Origin: Candidatus Krumholzibacteriota bacterium
GTDB lineage: Bacteria; Krumholzibacteriota; Krumholzibacteriia; JAJRXK01
Reading direction: 5' to 3'
DNA: 64,000 bases
Assembly: GCA_963764625.1 (NCBI GenBank)
Contig: CAVXTH010000006.1
Location: forward strand, 128,001-192,000
The notes below the pieces were generated by a model that was given only the letters and a program-made list of their open reading frames with translations, made no database searches and was not told where the DNA came from. Position 1 is the first letter of the stretch; each line of letters opens with the position of its first letter. The translations under genes were made by a program, and so were the position numbers. Of this stretch, positions 49,026 to 58,434 are shown one piece after another.

Positions 49026-49132
49026 GGGCTACATCATTAGAGGCCTGGGCCCCATTCTGCCACCTCGCGCCAAGGGGCCTCGGGTGGGAACTCCCGGGGT
49101 TGAGGAAGCTCCCGGGGGGAAGCGGGGCCGCC

Positions 49133-49160
49133 TTGCCATGCCGTGGGACCACGGTATCTT
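49133..49160 (+). promoter_or_regulatory. putative iscS promoter with an inverted repeat in the spacer
   Basis: TTGCCA-16-TATCTT, with ATGCCGTGG-GA-CCACGGTAT spanning the spacer. Confidence 0.45.
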
Positions 49161-49192
49161 GAACCACAACATTGCTCTCAAAGGGAATCTCC

Positions 49193-50356
49193 ATGGCGCG
49201 CGTGTATCTCGATCATCATGCCACGACTCCAGTCGACCCACGGGTCGAGGAGGCCATGGCCCCCTATTGGGGCCAAGCCTTTGGAAACGCCGCCAGCGCG
49301 CACATCTTCGGTTGGGAAGCCGCCGAGGCGGTGGAAAATGCGCGCGCGCAGATCGCGGCGTCGATCGCTTGCAAGCCGAGCGAAATTGTCTTCACCAGCG
49401 GGGCCACCGAGGCGGACAATCTCGCCATTCTGGGAAGCGCCCCGGGCCTGGAGCGCCGGGGACGGCATTTCGTGACGAGTGCGATCGAACATCCAGCCGT
49501 GCTCGATGCCCTGAGGCACCTCAAAGCTCAGGGCGCCGAGCTGAGCATCCTTCCCGTCGATTCGGGAGGAAGGGTGCGAGTGGACGAGCTGAAGGCGGCC
49601 CTGCGGAACGACACGGTTCTGTGCAGCGTGATGTGGGCGAACAACGAAATCGGGACCATTCAGCCGGTGGAGGAAATTTCCGCCGCGTGCCGTGAACGGG
49701 GCGTGTTGTTTCATACCGACGCCGTTCAGGCGGTGGGCCGAATCCCGATGGCGATCGACTCGATCGACATGCTCTCGTTGACCGCGCACAAGATCTACGG
49801 GCCCAAGGGAATCGGAGCGCTGATCGTGCGCCGTCGCACGCCGCGGATCCACCTTCAGCCGCTTCTGTTCGGCGGAGGGCACCAGGATGGACTCCGTTCT
49901 GGCACCCTTCCCGTCGCTCTCATCGTGGGCCTGGGTGAAGCCTGCGCGCTCGCCGCAAGCGAACGCGAGCAGCGAGCGCGGCATGTCCAAGAGCTACGGG
50001 ACCATCTCTTGCATCGCTTGCAGGCAGAGATCGAGGACCTCACGGTCAACGGAACTCTACGCGAGCGGCTTCCGGGGAACTTGAACGTGTGTATTCAAGG
50101 GGTGGAGGCGGAAGCCTTGCTCCTGGAACTGCGCGAGGTCGCGGCCAGTACGGGGTCGGCCTGTTCCTCGGCCGAACACAATCCAAGCTCGGTTCTCTTG
50201 GGTCTAGGGCTGAGTCCGGATGAAGCTCATGCCAGCATTCGCTTCGGAGTTGGGAAAGACAACACACTGGAAGAGATCGACACGGTGTGCGACGCAATAG
50301 TGAAGAAAGTGGAAGTGCTTCGTTCGTTTTCACGGCACGATAGCCGTGAGCGTTGA
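49193..50356 (+). CDS. iscS: cysteine desulfurase (IscS/NifS group I)
   Basis: YLDHHATTP, FTSGATE, NNEIGT, HTDAVQ, AHKIYGPKG, RSGT and STGSACSS motifs. Confidence 0.95.
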   Translation: MARVYLDHHATTPVDPRVEEAMAPYWGQAFGNAASAHIFGWEAAEAVENARAQIAASIACKPSEIVFTSGATEADNLAILGSAPGLERRGRHFVTSAIEHPAVLDALRHLKAQGAELSILPVDSGGRVRVDELKAALRNDTVLCSVMWANNEIGTIQPVEEISAACRERGVLFHTDAVQAVGRIPMAIDSIDMLSLTAHKIYGPKGIGALIVRRRTPRIHLQPLLFGGGHQDGLRSGTLPVALIVGLGEACALAASEREQRARHVQELRDHLLHRLQAEIEDLTVNGTLRERLPGNLNVCIQGVEAEALLLELREVAASTGSACSSAEHNPSSVLLGLGLSPDEAHASIRFGVGKDNTLEEIDTVCDAIVKKVEVLRSFSRHDSRER

Positions 50357-50381
50357 GCGAGTAACTCGCGGAGGAGAAGTC

Positions 50382-50717
50382 ATGGTTCATATCACCGACG
50401 GGGCCGCGAAGGCCATTCGCACCAATCTGACCGAGGAAAACCGCGATCCCGCCACCAACTATCTGCGGGTGGCGGTACAGGGTGGCGGCTGTTCCGGTTT
50501 GAGCTACAAGCTCGCGTGGGAGGATTCCCTGCGTGAAGGCGACGAGGTATTCTCGCACGAAGGGGAAGGAGTGAAGATCGTGGTGGACAACAAGAGTCTG
50601 CTCTTCATCCACGGTCTCACGCTAGACTTCTCGGGTGGACTCAATGGCAAGGGATTCGTCTTCGAAAATCCCAACGCCACCGGCACCTGCGGCTGCGGCT
50701 CCTCGTTCAAGGTGTGA
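50382..50717 (+). CDS. iscA: iron-sulfur cluster assembly accessory protein (IscA/HesB)
   Basis: GGGCSGLSY and NPNATGTCGCGSSF motifs. Confidence 0.95.
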   Translation: MVHITDGAAKAIRTNLTEENRDPATNYLRVAVQGGGCSGLSYKLAWEDSLREGDEVFSHEGEGVKIVVDNKSLLFIHGLTLDFSGGLNGKGFVFENPNATGTCGCGSSFKV

Positions 50718-50868
50718 GCTTCCATACTCCCACGAAGTTTCGGTCCCTTCCCTCACGGAGCAAATGCTTGCCAGCGCATCTTCAAAATGAAACAATGCCC
50801 GTCGATTTCCAGACGACGGGGATTTCAGTTCTACGGTGGAGTCGGGGAGCGACTCAGAGAGGGTATCC

Positions 50869-52378
50869 ATGCATTTCAGCGTGAAAAAAGAGAGTCTCGA
50901 GGATGCGCGCGCGGAGGTTTTGATCGTTGGGGTGAATTCGGGCGGAAAGCGCTTACGAGGAGCGGTAGCCGGGCTCGATCGGCGCACTAGCGGAGCGTTG
51001 AGCAAGGCGATGGAGGTGAGCGGTTTCAGCGGGGAACTCAAGGAAGTCGCGTTCGCACCCGCGCCCCGCACTGGTGCCAAGAAGATTCTCCTCTTGGGCC
51101 TGGGAGAGATGCAGGACCTCGACGTCGCCGCCTTGAAGGACGCAATGGGAAGCGCCGCTTCCGCCTGCCAGAAGCAGGGCATCAAGTCTGCGGCGGTGCT
51201 GGTCCCCACCTCGCGCTCCACTCACGTGCGGGATGCGGCGGAAGCGACCTGTCGCGGGCTCCTCTTGGCGAGCTACGATCCCGGTCTCTACAAGACCGAG
51301 GAGAAGGAGCGCAAGAAAGCGGCGCTCAGTCGCGTGACTCTTCTTTGCGATGCCAAGAACGCGGATACCGAACTGAAAGCGGGAGCCGCGCGCGGAAACG
51401 CGATGGCGGCCGGAGTGTTGTTTACCCGCGATCTCGTGAACCGTCCCTCTAACGAACTCACTCCGCGTATGCTCGCGAAGGAGGCCAAGAGCCTGGCTCG
51501 CTCTCCGCTGGTAAAGTGTAGAGTCTTCGGGCCGGCGGAATGCGAACGCAAGGGCATGGGAGGACTGCTCGGAGTCGGACAGGGCAGCGCGGAACCAGTG
51601 CAGTTCATCTCCCTCGAGTACAAACCGGCACGCCTGCCGAAGAAAGCCCCCAAAATCGCCATCGTGGGCAAGGGAATCACTTTCGACACCGGTGGAATCA
51701 GCCTCAAACCTTCTGCCAACATGGACCAGATGAAGTTCGACATGGGAGGCGCGGGAGCCGTTCTCGGTGCGTTCAAGATCCTCTCGCTCTTGAAGCCCGC
51801 AGTGCACGTTTTGGGTTACGTGGCAGCCGCGGAGAACATGCCGGGGGGAAAGGCGATCAAGCCGGGCGATCTGCTCCGTATGATGAGCGGCCTCACGGTC
51901 GAGGTAAACAACACCGATGCAGAGGGCCGTCTGGTGCTGGCGGATGCTCTTCACTACGCGAAACTGCAAAAGCCCGATTTCATCGTGGATGCCGCCACCC
52001 TGACCGGCGCATGCATGGTAGCGTTGGGTGAGTACGCCTGCGGACTCATGAGCGAGGACGACGAACTGGTGCGCCTCATCGAAGAGGCCTCCAAGCTCGC
52101 TGGTGACCCGGTTTGGCGGCTGCCTCTGAGCGAATTGCATCGCACCAAGATGAAGGGTCACGTCGCCGACCTGAAGAACACCGGCTCCAGAGATGGCGGC
52201 GCCTCGACGGCGGCCGGTTTCTTGAGTTTCTTCGCTACGAGGAGCGCGCTGGGCGCATTTGGATATCGCAGGGATGGTCTGGGCGGAAGAGAATCGCCCT
52301 ACCGAGCCCAAAGGCGCCACCGGCTTTGGAGCCTGTCTCTTTTACTGTATCGCCGAGGCCGCGGCGAAGAGCACCTAG
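50869..52378 (+). CDS. pepA: leucyl aminopeptidase M17 (apparent frameshift near 52240)
   Basis: VGKGITFDTGGISLKP, MKFDMGGA, NTDAEGRLVLAD and ATLTGA motifs. WAHLDIAG...KGATGFG continues in the +1 frame to TAG at 52378. Confidence 0.93.
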
Positions 52379-52403
52379 GGCGCCCACACAGAAAGATGAA
52401 CCC

Positions 52404-53157
52404 ATGACATCATGCAGGCCGAGACCGAAGCGGATGGGCCTCGTGCTCTTCCTTTGCCTCACCCTGGCGGCGTCGATTCTCAGCGCGAACGCGGAACCTC
52501 TCAAGAAGGTGAAGACTCCGGAGCCCCCCAAAGAAGCCAAGGAGGGAGCCCAGCGAGTGTTGGCGAAGGCACAAGCCGCGACGCACGTGAGCGCGCGCGC
52601 GCTCAGCCGCGTCATCGTGGGACGGGCCGTGTGCAACGGTCCGGACGGGTCGTACAGGACCGATATCAGTTCTCCGCCGGGGGAACGGCTTTGGTTCCGT
52701 CAGGTCCATCCCGGGAAGAAGGCCTTCGAAGCGCTCATCACTGCCGATGGGGCCTGGTCCATCAAGTCCGACGGTTCGCGAAGCCCCTTGAACTATCGTC
52801 GGACTCTCATGGTCAAAAGCCACGACTTCCAGCGCATCGCCCTCGATCCCGAGAGTTTCGTCTCGAATCTTGGCCTCATCGGAACGAAGGATTTCCAAGG
52901 GCTGAAGAGCGAGCAGCTCTCGGGGTTCACGGAGGACGGCACCAAGATCGAGCTGTACTACGATCTCAAGAGCGGCCTTCCTCTCGGCTTCAAGATGATG
53001 AACCCGCTCGCAGGCCGGTGCCATCGTCACCATCATCTTCCAGGAGTGGAAGGATGTGGAGGGAGTGCTCATGCCCTCGAAAGTAATCGCGTCCGACTCG
53101 CAAGGAAAGTTCTACCTGTCGTTCGAGGGGCTGTTCTTCGATGACGTATCGCCCTGA
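52404..53157 (+). CDS. secreted hypothetical protein, LolA-like/lipoprotein-sorting-like fold (apparent frameshift near 53010)
   Basis: Signal peptide ending ANA and LYYDLKSGLP. The +1 frame continues TIIFQEWKDVEGVLMPSKV...* to 53157. Confidence 0.6.
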
Positions 53158-53193
53158 GCAAGGGTCGTCCATCGGGGTTCGAATGCTACCGGC

Positions 53194-54066
53194 CTAGGTG
53201 CGGCGGGAATCCGGATCGAAGGCGTCGCGCAGACCATCTCCCAGGAAATTCAGCGCGAGCAGTGTCACGCCCAAAAAGAGTCCGGGAAACAGAATCAACC
53301 ACCAGTTCGTGTTGAGGGCGTTGATCGCCGTGGCTCCCTCGTTGGCGAGGCTTCCCCACGAAGCGTCGGGAGCTTGGACTCCGAGCCCGAGGAAAGAGAG
53401 GAACGCCTCCTCGAGCATGACGGCGGGGACGGTGAGAGTCGCGTAGACCAAAATGGGGCCGAGCATGTTGGGAAGCAGATGCCGCAGAAAGATGCGGTTC
53501 CGCGGCACACCCAGCGCGATCGAGGCTTCGATGAACTCGCTCGAACGCAGACTCTTCAATTCCCCCCGTACGATGCGGCTCATGGTGAGCCACTGGACGG
53601 CGCCCAGAGCCAAGAACAACAGCAGCAGGCTCTGTCCGAAGAAGGCGACCAAGAGGATCACGAAGAACATGAACGGCAGCGAGTAGAGCAGATCGACGAA
53701 GCGCATCATGACCTCGTCGGTCTTTCCTCCTTGCCAGCCCGCCACCATGCCCCAGCTCACTCCGATGAGCAGGCTCACCAGGGTGGCCACCACGCCCACC
53801 GCCAAACTGATGCGTCCGCCTCGCATCACCCGAGTCAACAGATCGCGGCCTACCGCATCGGTTCCGAAGGGATGCTGCCAGCTCGGAGCCTGGAGTTGAT
53901 GGGGGAGATCCTGCCGATCGTAGGAATAGGGACTCAGAGCGGGTCCGGCCAGGGCGAGGACCACCATCGCGACCAACACCCAGAGACTGACCACTGCCAC
54001 CTTGTGACGCCTCAAACGCCGCCAGGCCTCCTGAAAGGGAGAGCGGATGAGGTCGCGCTCGTTCAC
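53194..54066 (-). CDS. oppC: oligopeptide ABC permease OppC
   Basis: HPFGTDAVGRD, RISLAVG, EFIEAS (EAA motif) and LSFLGLG motifs. Confidence 0.94.
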   Translation of the reverse strand: MNERDLIRSPFQEAWRRLRRHKVAVVSLWVLVAMVVLALAGPALSPYSYDRQDLPHQLQAPSWQHPFGTDAVGRDLLTRVMRGGRISLAVGVVATLVSLLIGVSWGMVAGWQGGKTDEVMMRFVDLLYSLPFMFFVILLVAFFGQSLLLLFLALGAVQWLTMSRIVRGELKSLRSSEFIEASIALGVPRNRIFLRHLLPNMLGPILVYATLTVPAVMLEEAFLSFLGLGVQAPDASWGSLANEGATAINALNTNWWLILFPGLFLGVTLLALNFLGDGLRDAFDPDSRRT

Positions 54067-54980
54067 TTCAATTCCACCCTAGGATCGAGAACCGAGTAGA
54101 GCAGATCGACGAGGAGATTGAGTCCGATGAGCAAAGTGCTGTAGAGAAGCACCGTGCCCATGGCCAGGGTGTAGTCACGGTTGAGTGCCGAGTTGACGAA
54201 GAAGGTCCCCAACCCCGGGATGCTGAAGATCTTCTCGACGACGACGCTTCCCACCAGAATGGAGGCGGTGGCCGGGCCGAGATAGCTGAGCACCGGCAGG
54301 ATGGCCACGCGCAGAGCGTGTTTGGTCATGACCACCGGTTCGGTGAGTCCTTTTGCCCGGGCGGTTCGGATGAAGTCGCGCGAGAGCACTTCGATCATGC
54401 CCACGCGGGTCAGACGCGCGATGTAAGCTCCGCGAATCGCCCCCAGAGTGATCGCCGGCAGCACCAGCTGCGAAGGAGTCCCGAATCCTCCCACCGGAAG
54501 CCAACCGAGCTGAAAGACGAAGAGCAACACCAGCAACGGTCCGAGCACGAAGTTCGGAATGCAGATGCCAAGGAGCGCGAAGCCGGTGGCGAAATGATCG
54601 GGCCATCTGTTGCGGTGGACCGCGGCGAGTACCCCCAGGGGAATGCCGGTGAACAGAGCGATCAAGAGAGCGCAGAGTCCGAGAGTGAGGGAAACCGGAA
54701 GCGCCTGCGAGATGATCTCGCGCACCGACCAGCCAGGATAGCGAAACGAGGGCCCCAGGTCGCCTCGCACAAGTCCTTTTCCGTAGAGCCAGAGCTGCTC
54801 GGGGAGGGGCCGATCGAGACCGTAGCGCGCCTGTATCTGCGCCTTGACCGTGGGGTCGAGCGCACGCTCCATATCGAAGGGGCCGCCGGGGGCCAGCCGC
54901 ATGAAGAAGAAGCTGACCACGATGATGGCCAAGAACAAGGGCACGAGCGAAAGCAGTCGTCGCGTGAGATACTGCATCAT
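54063..54980 (-). CDS. oppB: oligopeptide ABC permease OppB
   Basis: APGGPFD, YGLDRP, GDLGPSF, FIRTARAKGL and NRDY motifs. Confidence 0.94.
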   Translation of the reverse strand: MMQYLTRRLLSLVPLFLAIIVVSFFFMRLAPGGPFDMERALDPTVKAQIQARYGLDRPLPEQLWLYGKGLVRGDLGPSFRYPGWSVREIISQALPVSLTLGLCALLIALFTGIPLGVLAAVHRNRWPDHFATGFALLGICIPNFVLGPLLVLLFVFQLGWLPVGGFGTPSQLVLPAITLGAIRGAYIARLTRVGMIEVLSRDFIRTARAKGLTEPVVMTKHALRVAILPVLSYLGPATASILVGSVVVEKIFSIPGLGTFFVNSALNRDYTLAMGTVLLYSTLLIGLNLLVDLLYSVLDPRVELK

Positions 54981-56581
54981 GGCTGCTTCCTCGTGCGCGC
55001 GAGGTGTTTGAGCTGCACCGTGTTCAAAAGATTGGGCTTCAGGCCGCTCCATATACTGGAGTCGTAGAGATCGGTGACGACGTAGTAGTAGAGCGGCACA
55101 ATGATGCACTCCTCTTGGGTGACGATTCTCTCGCACTCCTGGAGAATCGCCATCCTCCGCTGGGGATCGAGTTCGTTGGCGGCCGCATTCAAAAGGCTAT
55201 CGTAGCGGGTCGAGGCAAAACCGGTGCGGTTGTTTCCGTTTCCCGAACTCCAGATCGAGAGAAAGGTGTTCGGGTCGAGATAGTCGCCGATCCATCCTCC
55301 GCGGGCGATCTGAAAGTCCGTGGAGCGGGTTTTCGCCATGAACACCTTCCACTCCATGTTTCGCAGCTCCACCTGTACTCCCAGCTCGCGCTTCCACTGT
55401 TGCTGCAGGACCACCGCGATCTGCCGGTGCGCCTCACTGGTGTTGTAGAGGTAGGTCACCACGGGAAAGCCCTTGCCTCCGGGATACCCGGCCTCGGCCA
55501 GAAGCTCTCGGGCGCGATCGGGCTGGTAGGTTTGCAGCTGCACTTCGTGGTAGCCGGGCAACCCGGGCGGGACGAGGCTGTGGGCGGGGATCTGTCCTCC
55601 CCGGGTGACGTGCTGCGTGATCGCGCGGGCGTCCACCGCCAGGGCAAAGGCCTTTCGCACGCGGCGATCGTTCATGGGCTCCTGGTTTACCCCGAAGCGG
55701 AGGAAGTAGGTGTTGAGATAGGGACCCTGATGGAAATCCGGACGAGACGAAAGCTGACGCACGACGGTCGGGGGAACTCCCTCCGAGTCGACCCAATCGA
55801 GCTCTCCACTCTCGTAGCGGTTGAAGTTGCTGTTCACGTCTTCGCCGTGCATGACGTCGACGATCTTCAAACCCACGTGTCTAAGATCCCAGTAGCGCGG
55901 GTTGCGACGAAGCCGGACCCGGCGGTTGATTTCCCATTTGTCGATGCAGTACGGACCATTGCTCACGATGAACTGGGCGTGTGTCCATCGATCGCCATGC
56001 GCCTCGATCACCCACGAGGGTACGGGGTACAGGGGATAGTACGCGCAGAGGTCGAGGAAGTAGGCGACCGGGTGGGAGAGCTGCACCACAAAAGTCGTGT
56101 CGTCGGGGCACGCCATGCCCAGAGTCGAGGGATCGCTCGTTTCTTTCGAGTGGAAGCGCCGTGCGCCCACGAGAGGGTAGAGGAGGTCGGCATAGGGCGC
56201 GGCCGTGCTGGGGGTCAATAGCCGCGTCCAGGCGTATTGAAAGTCTCGGCTGCGCACCGGCTTGCCGTCGCTCCAGCGTGCGTCGCCCCGCAGATGAAAA
56301 AGATAGAGAGTTCCGGTCGCGTCGACCTCCCAGCTCCGGGCGACTCCGGGTCTCGGGGCCAGGGTGAGAGGATCACGCGTACAGAGTCCCTCGAATGCGT
56401 TGCTCAGGATCCGTCCGCCGGGCTGGGCGCTGCAGAGTCCCGGATCGAGACTCTCCGGTTCTCTACCCAGCATGGTGAAATCCGCCGCATCCTCCCTGAG
56501 TCCGCAGCCCCAGAGCACCACGACGGAAAGGATGAGCATTCCCCTTCGAGCCCAGATTCGTTGCAGCCACCGGAAGGCCAC
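54977..56581 (-). CDS. oppA: oligopeptide ABC substrate-binding lipoprotein OppA
   Basis: Lipobox LWGC; EPESLDP, FEGL, WSDGKPV, SNGPY and GWIGDYLDP motifs. Start is uncertain (56581 or 56539). Confidence 0.92.
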   Translation of the reverse strand: MAFRWLQRIWARRGMLILSVVVLWGCGLREDAADFTMLGREPESLDPGLCSAQPGGRILSNAFEGLCTRDPLTLAPRPGVARSWEVDATGTLYLFHLRGDARWSDGKPVRSRDFQYAWTRLLTPSTAAPYADLLYPLVGARRFHSKETSDPSTLGMACPDDTTFVVQLSHPVAYFLDLCAYYPLYPVPSWVIEAHGDRWTHAQFIVSNGPYCIDKWEINRRVRLRRNPRYWDLRHVGLKIVDVMHGEDVNSNFNRYESGELDWVDSEGVPPTVVRQLSSRPDFHQGPYLNTYFLRFGVNQEPMNDRRVRKAFALAVDARAITQHVTRGGQIPAHSLVPPGLPGYHEVQLQTYQPDRARELLAEAGYPGGKGFPVVTYLYNTSEAHRQIAVVLQQQWKRELGVQVELRNMEWKVFMAKTRSTDFQIARGGWIGDYLDPNTFLSIWSSGNGNNRTGFASTRYDSLLNAAANELDPQRRMAILQECERIVTQEECIIVPLYYYVVTDLYDSSIWSGLKPNLLNTVQLKHLARTRKQP

Positions 56582-56752
56582 GCGTTCCGCCCTTTCGCAT
56601 GAGTGGGGCGGGGTGATTGTAAGGGTTTCCCCTTCGCGGTCCAGACCTGAAGCGAGTCGCCCGTGAAGTGTTCTCGCGCCACGGGGCCCTAGAGTGTATA
56701 AGAGAGAGGACGCCCCGGACTTTCCACTACGCCCCCGGAGATCCTGGCATTC

Positions 56753-58183
56753 ATGAACGATCTGCCGCTCTTCGCCACCACCTCCCCACAAGACGACGCC
56801 ACGTGGTCGGTGACGCGCCTGAACGAGGCGATTTCGCACGCGCTTTCCGAACGCTTCCCCCAGGAGATCTGGGTACGCGGGGAGATCCAGGGGCTCGCGC
56901 GTACGCGAATGCGCAAGCACTGGTATTTCGAATTGGTAGAAAAGGAAGAGTTCGGCGATGGAGTGAAGGGAAAGCTCTCGGTGGCGCTTCTCTCGTGGAA
57001 TCGGGGACCGGTAGACCGGACCATCACGAGCTCGCCGGGCTTTGGTCTCGATGACGACATCGAGGTCCGGATTCGCGGCCGGGTCGATTTCTATCCACCG
57101 TTCGGAAAACTCCAATTCATGATGACCGGGGTGGATCCGGCGTTCACGCTGGGACAGTTGGCCTTGCAGCGCGAGCGGGTGCTGCGGGCCCTCAGCGCGG
57201 AAGGTCTGCTCAGGGCCAATGCCTCACGGACGATGCCCCTGGTTCCGGCGCGGATCGGACTCATAACCAGCGTGGGTAGCGCGGCCTACAATGATTTCGT
57301 CAACGAGCTGCAACAAGGTGGATTCGGCCACGTGCTCATGGTGGCGGACGCGCGCGTTCAGGGAATCGAGGCCGAACGCACTCTGCTCGCCGCGCTGGCC
57401 ACGCTTCGCAAGCTCGATCTCGATTTGATCGCCATCGTGAGGGGAGGGGGCAGCCAGAGCGACCTGGCGGCGTTTGACAGCGAAGCCCTGGCCCGCGCGA
57501 TCTGCAAGATGCCCATTCCGGTACTCACCGGAATTGGTCACGAGATCGACACTTCGGTGGCGGATCACGTGGCGCACACCGCGTACAAGACACCTACCGC
57601 ATGCGCTGCCGCTCTGGTCTCGATGACGGCCAACTTTGTCGATCTGCTGCAAGAGCGCGTCGGCGAGATCATTCAGCTCGCGGAAAAGAGAACCGCCATG
57701 GAGCATCATCGTCTGATGATGGGGGCGCAGGTGGCGAGTTCCCGCGCCAAGGCGCTCATCGTCTCCGCAGGGCGCGATCTGTCGGAGGCCGAGAGAAATC
57801 TCATTCGGGAGACGCCGCGGGCGGTTGTGCTCGCCAGTTCCAGGCTCGAGCGCATCGCCGGCGAGCTTCGCGGGGCGGGACGCCTGGTTCTGCATCGAGC
57901 CGATCAAACTCTGAAGACGTCGCGCGCCCACTTGAGCCTCCCTCGGCTTCGAACTCTGCTGCACCGCCGCGAGGAGAAGCTCAACGCGCACCAAACTCGG
58001 GTGCGGCTTCTGGATCCCCGCAAAGTCCTCGCGAGGGGATACAGTATCGCTCGCGGCCCGACCGGTACCGTCGTGCGCCGCGCGGAGGACCTGAAGCGCG
58101 GGGACCTCATGATCACGCAATTGGCTCTGGGAAGGGTGAAGAGCAAAGTCGAGGAATGCCAAAAGGAGAACGAAAACCCATGA
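56753..58183 (+). CDS. xseA: exodeoxyribonuclease VII large subunit
   Basis: WVRGEI, HWYFEL, IGLITS, RGGGS, GIGHEID, TPTA and VLARGYSI motifs. Confidence 0.95.
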   Translation: MNDLPLFATTSPQDDATWSVTRLNEAISHALSERFPQEIWVRGEIQGLARTRMRKHWYFELVEKEEFGDGVKGKLSVALLSWNRGPVDRTITSSPGFGLDDDIEVRIRGRVDFYPPFGKLQFMMTGVDPAFTLGQLALQRERVLRALSAEGLLRANASRTMPLVPARIGLITSVGSAAYNDFVNELQQGGFGHVLMVADARVQGIEAERTLLAALATLRKLDLDLIAIVRGGGSQSDLAAFDSEALARAICKMPIPVLTGIGHEIDTSVADHVAHTAYKTPTACAAALVSMTANFVDLLQERVGEIIQLAEKRTAMEHHRLMMGAQVASSRAKALIVSAGRDLSEAERNLIRETPRAVVLASSRLERIAGELRGAGRLVLHRADQTLKTSRAHLSLPRLRTLLHRREEKLNAHQTRVRLLDPRKVLARGYSIARGPTGTVVRRAEDLKRGDLMITQLALGRVKSKVEECQKENENP

Positions 58184-58434
58184 ATGCGAAGAAGGCCCAG
58201 ACCAAAGCGCCACGCTACGCCGAAGCCATGGAGGAGTTGGAGACCATTCTCGCGCAACTCGAGGAGGAATCGGTGGATGTGGACGAGCTCACGGCCAAGG
58301 TGAAACGGGCCAGCGAACTGATCCAGTTCTGCCGAGACCGGCTGAGCAATACGCGACTGGAGATCGAGCAGGTCGTGGCCGAACTGCAGGCGGTCGAGAA
58401 AGAAGAGAACTCGGAGGACGAAGAGCGATCGTGA
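58180..58434 (+). CDS. xseB: exodeoxyribonuclease VII small subunit
   Basis: YAEAMEELETILAQLE...VKRASELIQFCRDRL. ATGA overlap with xseA. Confidence 0.92.
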   Translation: MNAKKAQTKAPRYAEAMEELETILAQLEEESVDVDELTAKVKRASELIQFCRDRLSNTRLEIEQVVAELQAVEKEENSEDEERS

